NCBI GenBank assembly: GCA_041166245.1
Contig: JBEEFQ010000270.1
Coordinates: forward strand, 1 to 51,418
Reading direction: 5' to 3'
Length of the DNA stretch: 51,418 nucleotides
Source of the DNA: Actinomycetota bacterium
GTDB lineage: Bacteria > Actinomycetota > Acidimicrobiia > Acidimicrobiales > JAFATL01
Part shown: piece after piece, positions 12,143 to 20,633 of the stretch
Position numbering within the stretch: position 1 is the stretch's first letter
Layout: each line of letters opens with the position of its first letter
The notes under the pieces: generated by a model
The model's database searches: none
What the model saw: only the letters and a program-made list of their open reading frames with translations
What the model was told of the DNA's origin: nothing
Position numbers and translations under genes: made by a program

Positions 12143-13522
12143 GTGGACGAAAAGCAGCTGCAGGCGCAAGTCAGCGAGGTCGCAGACGAGCTCGAGGTGC
12201 CGGGTGTCAGCGTCGGCGTGTACCACGCGGGCCAGGAGCACTACGCCTTCCACGGCGTCACCAGCGTCGAGAACCCATTGCCGGTCGACGCGCACACCAT
12301 CTTCCAGTTCGGGTCGACCGGCAAGACCTTCACCGCCACCGCCATCATGCGTCTGGTCGATCAGGGCAAGGTCGACCTCGACGCCGCGGCTCGCACGTAC
12401 CTCCCCGAGCTGAAGCTCAAGGACCCAACCGTGACCGAGCGCGTCACCGTCCTCCAGCTGCTCAACCACACGGCAGGCTGGAGCGGCGACATCCTGACCA
12501 ACACCGGCGAAGGTGACGACGCCGTCGCCAAGTACGTGGCGCTGCTGGCCGACGCCGAACAGGTGTCGCCTCTCGGATCGACGGTGTCCTACAACAACGC
12601 CGCCCTGTCGGTGGCGGGGCGCATCATCGAGAAGATCACCGGCCAGACGTACGAGGCGGCCCTCAGGGAGCTGCTGTGCGAGCCCCTGGGCATGGACAAC
12701 ACGTGGTTCTTCCGGGACGACATCATGTCGAGGCGGTTCGCCATGGGCCACAGCCAGCAGCCGGACGGCACCATCAAGGTGGCGCGTCCCTGGGGCATGA
12801 CCCGCGGGAACGCGCCGGCGGGTGGCATCTCGGCCAACGCCGCCGACCAGGTGAAGTGGATCCGCTTCCACCTCGGCGACGGCACTGCGGCCGACGGGAC
12901 CCCCGTGCTCTCGGAGAAGCTGCTGAGGCAGATGCAGGAACCGACGGTGGACATGCCAGGGAGCGCCCTCGGCGACCACGTGGGCGTCAGCTGGCTGTTA
13001 CGCGACGTGGACGGCGTCCGCATCGTCGCTCATGGCGGCACCATGATCGGGCAGCACTCCGACTTCGTGATGGTGCCCGAGCGCGACTTCGGAATCGCGC
13101 TGCTCACCAACTGCGGCCCGAATGGCCCGCAGCTCAACGAGCGGGTGCGGCGGTGGGCCCTGGAGGCGTACGCCGGTGTCATCGAGCGTGATCCCGAACC
13201 CGTCGCCATGGGCGACGACGTCCTCGCCCAGTACACCGGCCGCTTCGAGACCGTCGCCGCCATCGCCGACATCACCGCGCACGGGGGCCGCCTGATGGTG
13301 CAGGTCGAGATCAAGCCCGAGATGGCCGCCCAGCTCCACGAGATGGGCGAGGAGGTGCCCGACCAGCCGCCCATCCCCCTCGGGCTGCTGGCCGGCGACG
13401 GCGACCGCTACATCGTCCCCGACGGCCCGGCCAAGGGCATGAAGGGCTACTTCGTGCGCGACGAGTCGGGCACGGTCGCCGGCGTCCACCTCGGCGGCCG
13501 CCTCGCCACCCGAACGGCCTGA
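12143..13522 (+). CDS. Beta-lactamase-family serine hydrolase (D-peptidase-like)
   Basis: SxxK (GSTGK), LLNHTAG, YxN (SYNN), HGG; RBS AGGAGG before GTG 12143. Confidence 0.9.
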   Translation: MDEKQLQAQVSEVADELEVPGVSVGVYHAGQEHYAFHGVTSVENPLPVDAHTIFQFGSTGKTFTATAIMRLVDQGKVDLDAAARTYLPELKLKDPTVTERVTVLQLLNHTAGWSGDILTNTGEGDDAVAKYVALLADAEQVSPLGSTVSYNNAALSVAGRIIEKITGQTYEAALRELLCEPLGMDNTWFFRDDIMSRRFAMGHSQQPDGTIKVARPWGMTRGNAPAGGISANAADQVKWIRFHLGDGTAADGTPVLSEKLLRQMQEPTVDMPGSALGDHVGVSWLLRDVDGVRIVAHGGTMIGQHSDFVMVPERDFGIALLTNCGPNGPQLNERVRRWALEAYAGVIERDPEPVAMGDDVLAQYTGRFETVAAIADITAHGGRLMVQVEIKPEMAAQLHEMGEEVPDQPPIPLGLLAGDGDRYIVPDGPAKGMKGYFVRDESGTVAGVHLGGRLATRTA

Positions 13523-13531
13523 ACCCACAAC

Positions 13532-13576
13532 TCTCGAGGAAATGGCACTTCAGAATGAGGTGCTATTTCCTCGAGA
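13532..13576. repeat. REP-like palindrome between convergent genes (possible bidirectional terminator)
   Basis: TCTCGAGGAAATGGCACTTCA-GAA-TGAGGTGCTATTTCCTCGAGA; arm sequence recurs at 38481 and 51406. Confidence 0.9.
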
Positions 13577-13608
13577 CGTCCCTCAGGTGCTCGATCGTCA
13601 CGCCTTCA

Positions 13609-14346
13609 TCATGGCCGCCGCACCGCGGCCCGGTAGCTGACCGCGAGGCCGGCGATGCACCAGCACCCGACCACGACGAAGGCGAGGACGGCGGGGTCGT
13701 CGTATCGACCAGTGAGGCTGCCCCGCATCACGTCGGCCATGTACTGGATGGGCAGGACCCGGTGCACCACCTGCAGGAAGCCCGGCAGCCGATCCGCGGG
13801 GAAGTTGATGGGCGAGAACAGCAGGATGACGATGCTGAGGAACGACGTCACCTGGCCCGTCACCTGGGGCGGGAGCGTGGCGGCGAGGCCGTAGCCGACG
13901 GCCGCGCCGGTGAGGGCCACCAGCACGATGGCGGGCACCACCGCCCAACCGATGTGCAGCCCGACGTCGAAGCGGATGGCAGCGACGACGAGCGCCAGCG
14001 CGGTCCCGGGCAGCTGCAGCAGGAGCCAGAACGTGACCTCGGCGGCCAGTGGTGCGAGGCGGGGGACGGGAAGCGTGCGCCAGTAGTCGTGGCGCCCGGT
14101 CAGCCGGCCCTGGCTCACCTCCTGGGGGACGACGTTGAGCCCGAGGATCACCAGGCTCAGCGTGGGCGCGCCCGTGGCGAGGTACAGCGCAGTGCCTCGG
14201 TCGATGTCGGGGACGAGCAGGGCCAGCCCGTAGATGACGCCCACGGCCAGGAGCACCTGGATGGTCACCATCATCGGGAGCCAGGGGCGGAAGCGCTCGT
14301 ACTGCCAGCGCAGGAGGAGACGCCAGCTCTCAAGCGACCGCGACAT
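13609..14346 (-). CDS. ABC-2 type exporter permease
   Basis: Six hydrophobic segments; SPINFPADRLPGFL...LPIQY motif; coupled to the ATPase. Confidence 0.87.
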   Translation of the reverse strand: MSRSLESWRLLLRWQYERFRPWLPMMVTIQVLLAVGVIYGLALLVPDIDRGTALYLATGAPTLSLVILGLNVVPQEVSQGRLTGRHDYWRTLPVPRLAPLAAEVTFWLLLQLPGTALALVVAAIRFDVGLHIGWAVVPAIVLVALTGAAVGYGLAATLPPQVTGQVTSFLSIVILLFSPINFPADRLPGFLQVVHRVLPIQYMADVMRGSLTGRYDDPAVLAFVVVGCWCIAGLAVSYRAAVRRP

Positions 14347-15271
14347 CGATGACCTCCTCCGCGTCGGACACACGCCGCACGTAGACGTCCTCGAGCGACG
14401 CCGGGCCGACCGCGAACTCGGCCACCGTGCCCCCGTCCTGGAGGGCCTGGGCCCACCTCACCGCGTCGGTGAGGTCGGCGACGCCGAGGTCGACGAAGAG
14501 CCGCCGGCCGACCGGCGTCGTCGTGGCTCCGAACGGCGGCCGCCCGGGCACACGCGCGTCCGGCTCGAGGGTGAGCTCCATGCGCAGTGACGCGCCGAGC
14601 TCGGCCTTGAGGGCGGCGGGTGTGCCCAACGCCTGCACCCGGCCGTGGTCGATGATGGCGAGCCGATCGACGCAGCGCTCGGCCTCGAGCACATTGTGGG
14701 TGACGAGCAGCACCGCGGCGCCCGCGTCGGCGAGGGCACGGACCTGCTGCCACAGGCTGCGACGGCGCAGCGGGTCCACGTCGTTGGTGGGCTCGTCGAG
14801 GATCACGAGCCGGCCCGGTACGACGCCCGCCATGCAGAACGCGACGAGCCGCGCGACACCACCCGAGAGCGGTCGGCGGCTGTCCTCCCACTCGTGGAGG
14901 TCGAGCGCGGCGAGCAGCTCGGTCGCCCGATCGCGCACAGCAGACGGTGCCCCACCGCGAATGCGGCCGACGAGCTCGATGGCGAGTCTCGGCGCCATGT
15001 TGTCGACCGAGGCGCTCGTCTGCGGCTGGTACGAGCAGGCCTGGCGGGCCACCGCGGGCTGGGCGACCACGTCGACGCCGTCGATGCGGATGGCGCCGGC
15101 CGTGGGCCGCAGCAAGCCGAGCACCTGGCCGATCAGGGTCGTCTTGCCCGCGCCGTTGGGCCCGAGGAGGCCGAAGACCTCGCCCGCCTCGACCGACAGC
15201 GTGATGCCGTCGTTGGCGACCTTCCCCCGGCGGTAGTGCTTGGTCAGCTGGTCGATCTCGAGGAGCGCCAC
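14330..15271 (-). CDS. ABC exporter ATP-binding protein (DrrA-like)
   Basis: GPNGAGKTT, LSGG, ILDEPT, VTHN. Confidence 0.92.
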   Translation of the reverse strand: MALLEIDQLTKHYRRGKVANDGITLSVEAGEVFGLLGPNGAGKTTLIGQVLGLLRPTAGAIRIDGVDVVAQPAVARQACSYQPQTSASVDNMAPRLAIELVGRIRGGAPSAVRDRATELLAALDLHEWEDSRRPLSGGVARLVAFCMAGVVPGRLVILDEPTNDVDPLRRRSLWQQVRALADAGAAVLLVTHNVLEAERCVDRLAIIDHGRVQALGTPAALKAELGASLRMELTLEPDARVPGRPPFGATTTPVGRRLFVDLGVADLTDAVRWAQALQDGGTVAEFAVGPASLEDVYVRRVSDAEEVIDVAVA

Positions 15272-15296
15272 CGGGGCCCTTTCAGGTGCTTGTGCT

Positions 15297-15334
15297 TTCA
15301 GATTCCAAACGGTATCTGAATACTGACCGGTATC
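15297..15334. promoter_or_regulatory. Probable TetR operator pair in the divergent promoter
   Basis: AT-rich inverted repeat TTCAGATTCC-AAAC-GGTATCTGAA (15297-15320) followed by ATAC-TGACCG-GTAT; both end in CGGTATC. Confidence 0.6.
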
Positions 15335-15363
15335 ATTTCTGTCGTCAAGGAGGCGCTTGTCAC

Positions 15364-15960
15364 ATGGCGGTGCGACAGACCAGAGCGGAGAAGAAGGCGG
15401 AGACGCGGGAGCGCCTGCTGCAGGCGGCCGAGGCGATCGCGGCCAAGCAGGGTCTGTCCCGCGTCACCCTGGACGCGGTGGCCGACGGGGCGGGCGTGAC
15501 CAAGGGCGCCATCTACTCCAACTTCGAGTCGAAGGAGGACCTCATCCTCGAGGTCGTGAGCCGCATGACGCCGGCCATGAACCTCAACACCGTGATCGAG
15601 GGGGCGCCCGACGTGCCCACGCTGCTCGAACGAGTGGCGGCGGCGCTGACCGACGTGGTCCGCAACAGCGCCGACCAGGCCCTGCTGCTCGTGGAGCTGG
15701 ACACGCTGGCGCTTCGCGACCGCGGCATGCAGGATGCGATCGCCCGGCACGAGCCGTCCGACCAGGATCCCGAGCGGGTGCGACCGTGGCTCGAGGAGCA
15801 CGCCGCCGAGCTGCCGCTGCCCGTCGAGCAGTGGGTGGAGGTCGTCAACGCCATCGGATGGGGGCTCACGCTCCAGCGCATGCGCTTCGGTCCTGACCGG
15901 GTGCCCGACGAGCTGTTCAGGTGGGCGATCACGCGCCTCGCCCTTCGTCCCGGCGACTGA
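15364..15960 (+). CDS. TetR/AcrR family transcriptional regulator
   Basis: HTH TLDAVADGAGVTKGAIYSNFESKEDL; RBS AAGGAGG; divergent from the exporter. Confidence 0.93.
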   Translation: MAVRQTRAEKKAETRERLLQAAEAIAAKQGLSRVTLDAVADGAGVTKGAIYSNFESKEDLILEVVSRMTPAMNLNTVIEGAPDVPTLLERVAAALTDVVRNSADQALLLVELDTLALRDRGMQDAIARHEPSDQDPERVRPWLEEHAAELPLPVEQWVEVVNAIGWGLTLQRMRFGPDRVPDELFRWAITRLALRPGD

Positions 15961-16028
15961 CGCCCGGGGCCCGCGTTGGTGCCGGCCGACCAACCCGGAC
16001 ACGGCGGTCACTCGTACGCTCGGCTCTG

Positions 16029-17597
16029 ATGGCATCGGTGCACCTCAGGCGCGGAGGGTCGGCCGCCCTGCTCGCCGCCGTCCTGATCGCAGGCGCATGC
16101 GGCAGCACCGTGCCCGAGGCGGCCCAGCGTCGGGTCGCCCAGGGTGGCCTCGACGGCGAGACAGCGCTCGACACGACGGGCGGGGACAGCGTCGACGAGT
16201 TGGGTGGCAGCCTCGACCCGGGAACCGCCGGCGCCACGGGCCCGACCGGTCGCGGAGCGGGGTCGTCAGCCGCCGGCGGTCGGGCCGGTGCGAGCGGCGC
16301 AGGCGGGGGGACCGTCGGCGCGGCCGTGGGGCCCGGCGTCACCGACAAGGAGATTCACGTCGGGGCTGGCTACGCGGTCAACGCAGGTGCGGCCAACGCC
16401 GCCTTCGGCGCGGGCGGCATCGACCAGGGCGACGACAAGAGGAACACCCAGATCGTCATCGACGACATCAACGCCCATGGCGGCATCGCCGGCCGCAAGG
16501 TCATCCCCGAGTGGTACGAGCTCGATGCCACATCGGCCGAGACCACCGACGCCCAGTACCAGGGCGCCTGCGAGAGCCTCACCAGCGACCGCAAGGTCTT
16601 CGCCGTCATGGGCGGCGACAACGAGACCTTCCTGCGCTGCCTGCACAACGCCAAGGTCGTGGCCGTCAACCACAACCTGACCATCTCCGACATGGCGCGC
16701 TACAAGCGCTTCCCGTACTACTTCGAGCTGAGCGCCCTGAACCTCGACCGCGTGGCCAGCGTCGAGGTCGCGCAGCTGCAGGCCCAGGGGTACTTCAACG
16801 GCGGCTGGAACACGGCGGCGGGCGCACCGGCACTCGGTAGGGCCAAGGTCGGGATCTTCACTTATGACCTGCCCGGCTTCAACCATGCCGTCGACCAGGT
16901 CCTGGTGCCCGCGCTCGGCCGTATCGGGCTCGCGCCCGAGGCAGGCAACGTCGTCCGCGCGCCCTACCCCCAGAACGCGGCCGACGTCAGCGGCGCCGCC
17001 ACGGCGGCGTCGAACGCCGTTCTCAAGTTCCGCAGCAGCGGGGTCACGCACGTCCTCGTCTTCGAGGAGGACGGTGTCCTCAGCCTCCTCTTCGGCAACA
17101 ACGCCGACTCCCAGGGCTACCGGCCCCGTCACGGCGTCAACAGCCAGAACGGGACCCAGGCGCTCGTCGACTCCGGGGCATATCCACGGGGCCAGCTCCC
17201 CGGCACCGTGGGCATCGGCTGGTTCCCGGGCATCGACGTCACGCCGGCCGAGAACACCGACGACGGCCCGTACTCGAACGACACCCGGCGCCGCTGCATC
17301 GCCCTCTACAAGGCGGCAGGGGTGAGCTACAACAACGCCAACGCCGCCGCCATCGCCCTCGGCACCTGCACGCAGTTCTGGTGGTTGCGCGAAGTGATGA
17401 GCAAAGTCACCGTCTTCAACCGCGACGGTGTGCTGGCGGCCGCCAACCGGATAGGTGCGTTCGAATCGGCCAGCGGCCAGTTCGTGTTGCGGATCGACGC
17501 GGACCACCACGACGGCGTCGGAGCGGTGCGCCACTGGGCCTACCAGCCAGAGTGCGGCTGCATGCGCTACACGAGCGGCAACATCACGGTCGACTGA
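16029..17597 (+). CDS. Lipoprotein, LivJ/K-like (type I) ABC substrate-binding protein
   Basis: Lipobox LIAGA-C, Gly-rich linker, PGVTDKEIHVG, DDINAHGGIAGRK, AVLKFRSSGVTHV. Confidence 0.85.
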   Translation: MASVHLRRGGSAALLAAVLIAGACGSTVPEAAQRRVAQGGLDGETALDTTGGDSVDELGGSLDPGTAGATGPTGRGAGSSAAGGRAGASGAGGGTVGAAVGPGVTDKEIHVGAGYAVNAGAANAAFGAGGIDQGDDKRNTQIVIDDINAHGGIAGRKVIPEWYELDATSAETTDAQYQGACESLTSDRKVFAVMGGDNETFLRCLHNAKVVAVNHNLTISDMARYKRFPYYFELSALNLDRVASVEVAQLQAQGYFNGGWNTAAGAPALGRAKVGIFTYDLPGFNHAVDQVLVPALGRIGLAPEAGNVVRAPYPQNAADVSGAATAASNAVLKFRSSGVTHVLVFEEDGVLSLLFGNNADSQGYRPRHGVNSQNGTQALVDSGAYPRGQLPGTVGIGWFPGIDVTPAENTDDGPYSNDTRRRCIALYKAAGVSYNNANAAAIALGTCTQFWWLREVMSKVTVFNRDGVLAAANRIGAFESASGQFVLRIDADHHDGVGAVRHWAYQPECGCMRYTSGNITVD

Positions 17598-17600
17598 GTC

Positions 17601-19055
17601 GTGGCCAGCGTCGTGCTGCGTGGGGGGCGCGTGATCGATCCGGCCTCGGACCTCGACGCCGTCCAAGACGTGCTGATCGACGGCCGGTCGATCGCTGCCA
17701 TCGGTGATGGTCTCGAGGGCCACTCGATCGTCGACGTCAGCGGTTCAATCGTCGGGCCCGGATTCATCGATCTGCACAGTCACGTCCACACGATCGCGGG
17801 CCAGCGGCTGCAGGCGCTGGACGGCGTGACCACCGCCCTCGACCTCGAGGCAGGGCTCATGCCCGTCGCCAAGGCCTACGCCGCCGCTGCGGCCGAGGGA
17901 CGGCCCCTCAACTACGGGTTCTCCGCCAGCTGGGGGGGTGCCCGTGGGCAGGTCTTGGCCGGGGTGCCCGCCGACGCCCACTTCGGGACGGCGCTGGCGC
18001 TGCTGGCCAACGAAGCGTGGCAGCGCACGTCGACGCCCCAGGAGCTCGGAGCCTGGCTCGAGTTGCTGCGCGGGGAGCTGGCCGACGGAGCGTTGGGGAT
18101 CGGGATCCTCATGGGGTACGCGCCGCGCACCGACCCGGCGGAGATGGTGGCCGTGGCCCAGCTGGCGGTGGAGGCCGGCACGCCGACCTACACCCACGTG
18201 CGCGAGCTGGTCGAGAGCGACCCCACGACGCCGATCGACGGCTCGACCGAGATCGCGGTCGTGGCCGGCGAGACGGGCGCCCACATGCACCACTGCCACG
18301 TGAACTCGACGTCGCGGCGTCACATCGACCGCGTGCTCACAACCCTGGCCGACGCCCAGACCCGGGGCGCACGCGTCACCGTCGAGGCCTACCCGTACGG
18401 CGCAGGCAGCACCGGCATCGGCGCCTTCTTCCTCGCGCCCGAGCGCCTGCCGGCGTGGGGCCTCACCCCTCACTCGCTGGTCGTGGTCCCCACCGGCGAG
18501 CGCATCGCGTCCGAGGTGCGCCTGCGCGAGCTGCGCGAGACCGATCCCGGCCTGCCGGTCATCGTGGAGTTCCTCGACGAGACCGTCGACGCCGATCGCG
18601 CCCTGTTGCAGCGCGCCCTCGAGTTCCCCGGCGCCATCGTCGCCAGCGACGCCATGCCGGTCTTCTTCCCCGACGGCGCCATCGAGTCGCGGGAGTGGCC
18701 GCTCCCGCCCGGCGGCCAGACCCATCCCCGCACTGCGGGTACGTACTCGAAGGCGTTGCGCATGATGGTCGGGTCCGGGGCGTGGACGTGGGCCGAGGCG
18801 TTCCGCCGGTGTTCGTGGCTGCCCGCCCAGGTGCTCTCGTTCGCGCCCGCGGCGCGGCGCAAGGGCCATCTCGGCGTCGGGGCCGACGCCGACGTCGTCG
18901 TGCTCGATCCCCACGCCCTCACCGACCGCGCGACGTACGCGGACCCCACGGCGCCATCGGCAGGCGTCCGCCACCTGCTCGTCAACGGCGAGTTCGTCGT
19001 GCGCGACGGCGCACTCCTCCCCGACGCCTACCCGGGCAAGGGACTGCGGGCGTGA
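17601..19055 (+). CDS. Amidohydrolase (N-acyl-D-amino acid / D-glutamate deacylase-like)
   Basis: PGFIDLHSH, DGVTTALDLEAG, VEAYPYG, ASDA, HPRTAGTY, KGHLGVGADADVVV. Confidence 0.85.
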   Translation: MASVVLRGGRVIDPASDLDAVQDVLIDGRSIAAIGDGLEGHSIVDVSGSIVGPGFIDLHSHVHTIAGQRLQALDGVTTALDLEAGLMPVAKAYAAAAAEGRPLNYGFSASWGGARGQVLAGVPADAHFGTALALLANEAWQRTSTPQELGAWLELLRGELADGALGIGILMGYAPRTDPAEMVAVAQLAVEAGTPTYTHVRELVESDPTTPIDGSTEIAVVAGETGAHMHHCHVNSTSRRHIDRVLTTLADAQTRGARVTVEAYPYGAGSTGIGAFFLAPERLPAWGLTPHSLVVVPTGERIASEVRLRELRETDPGLPVIVEFLDETVDADRALLQRALEFPGAIVASDAMPVFFPDGAIESREWPLPPGGQTHPRTAGTYSKALRMMVGSGAWTWAEAFRRCSWLPAQVLSFAPAARRKGHLGVGADADVVVLDPHALTDRATYADPTAPSAGVRHLLVNGEFVVRDGALLPDAYPGKGLRA

Positions 19056-19098
19056 TGGCGGTGTCGTGTAACCGTCACGGCCTCATAGCGTGCGACCC

Positions 19099-19545
19099 AT
19101 GAGCGTCGAAGGCGAGTACGAGCCGAGCCCGTGGGACTGGGTGCGCGAGCAGGTCGAGACCTACGAGCGCACCGGTGGTCGCGAGGCCAACACGCTGCGG
19201 GACACCGGCCAGCCGGTCGTCATCGTCACCACCCGCGGCAACAAGAGCGGGAAGGTCCGCAAGTTCGCCCTGATGCGGGTGGAGCACGACGGCGAGTACG
19301 CGCTGGTGGGGTCGATGGGCGGAGCGCCCAAGGATCCGGTGTGGGTCCACAACGTGCGGGCCGACCCCACCGCGGTCGTCGTGCAGGACGGTCCCGAGCC
19401 GTTCGACGCCGCCGTGCGCGAGGTCACCGGCGACGAGAAGGCGGTGTGGTGGGAGCGGGCCGTGGCCGCCTACCCGCCGTACGCCGACTACCAGGCGCGC
19501 ACCGACCGGGTGATCCCGGTGTTCATCGCCAGTCCGCGCTCGTAG
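19099..19545 (+). CDS. F420H2-dependent reductase (Ddn-like deazaflavin-dependent nitroreductase family)
   Basis: TTRGNKSGKVR, SMGGAPKDPVWVHNVRADP, YADYQARTDRVIPV. Confidence 0.92.
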   Translation: MSVEGEYEPSPWDWVREQVETYERTGGREANTLRDTGQPVVIVTTRGNKSGKVRKFALMRVEHDGEYALVGSMGGAPKDPVWVHNVRADPTAVVVQDGPEPFDAAVREVTGDEKAVWWERAVAAYPPYADYQARTDRVIPVFIASPRS

Positions 19546-19555
19546 AGTCACCGCC

Positions 19556-20557
19556 ATGCGCGCTGTCGTCTGCAAGGAGTTCGGACCGCCCTCCGCGTTG
19601 GTCGTCACCGACGTGCCCGAGCCGGAGGCGGGGCGGGGTCAGGTGGTGCTCGACGTCCACGCGTGCGCCGTCAACTTCCCCGACGTCCTGATCATCCAGG
19701 ACAAGTACCAGTTCAAGCCCAGCCTGCCCTTCTCGCCGGGCGGCGAGGTCTCGGGCATCGTGCGCGCCCTCGGCCCCGATGTCGACGGCCCGGTGAAGGT
19801 GGGCGACCGCGTCATCGCGTCGACGGGGTGGAACGGCATGACCGAGCAGGTGGCGGCGGCCGCGAGCGCGCTCATCCCGGTGCCGGACAACGTCGATCTC
19901 ATCGCCGCGTCGGGCCTGCTCACCACCTACGGCACGACGCATTACGCGCTGAAGGACCGGGCCAAGCTCCAGCCGGGCGAGACCCTGCTCGTGCTCGGCG
20001 CGGCGGGCGGGGTGGGCCTGGCCGCCGTCGAACTGGGCCGGGCCATGGGCGCGCGCGTCATCGCGGCGGCGTCGAGCGAGGACAAGCTCGAGCTGTGCCG
20101 CGAGCGCGGGGCCGATGCAACCATCAACTACGCCACCGAGGACCTCAAGACCCGCACCAAGGAGCTCACCGACGGCCACGGCGTCAACGTCATCTACGAC
20201 CCCGTGGGCGGCGACTACAGCGAGCAAGCGCTCCGCGCGATCGCGTGGGAGGGCCGCTTCCTCGTCATCGGCTTCGCGGCGGGCGACATCCCCCGCATCC
20301 CCCTCAACCTCGCCCTGCTCAAGAGCTGCGACATCGTCGGCGTGTTCTGGGGCGCGTTCACCATGCGCGAGCCGGAGAAGAACCGTCAGAACATCGCCGA
20401 GCTGCTGCAGATGTGGAGCGACGGCAAGATCAGCCTCTACGTCTCCGAGCGCTTCCCCCTCGAACGGGGCGCCGAGGCCATCGCCCACCTCGCCGACCGC
20501 AAGGCCAAGGGCAAGATCGTCGTCGTCACCCCCGCGGGCGAAGCCGCGTCAGCCTGA
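19556..20557 (+). CDS. NADPH:quinone oxidoreductase (MDR family)
   Basis: VNFPD, PFSPGGEVSG, LVLGAAGGVGLAA, YDPVGG, GRFLVIGFAAG, GKIVV. Confidence 0.93.
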   Translation: MRAVVCKEFGPPSALVVTDVPEPEAGRGQVVLDVHACAVNFPDVLIIQDKYQFKPSLPFSPGGEVSGIVRALGPDVDGPVKVGDRVIASTGWNGMTEQVAAAASALIPVPDNVDLIAASGLLTTYGTTHYALKDRAKLQPGETLLVLGAAGGVGLAAVELGRAMGARVIAAASSEDKLELCRERGADATINYATEDLKTRTKELTDGHGVNVIYDPVGGDYSEQALRAIAWEGRFLVIGFAAGDIPRIPLNLALLKSCDIVGVFWGAFTMREPEKNRQNIAELLQMWSDGKISLYVSERFPLERGAEAIAHLADRKAKGKIVVVTPAGEAASA

Positions 20558-20570
20558 CCCACCCCCGATC

Positions 20571-20620
20571 CGCTTTCGCGCGCTGACTGGGGTCCTGGCC
20601 CCAGTGAACGCGCGAAAGCG
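20571..20620. repeat. REP-like palindrome between convergent genes
   Basis: CGCTTTCGCGCG...ACTGGGG-TCCTGG-CCCCAGT...CGCGCGAAAGCG. Confidence 0.9.
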
Positions 20621-20633
20621 AGGCACCAGCCGG

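Noticed and set aside
12143-13522. Antibiotic-resistance beta-lactamase
   Set aside because: No signal peptide; catabolic context fits a cytoplasmic peptidase or esterase.
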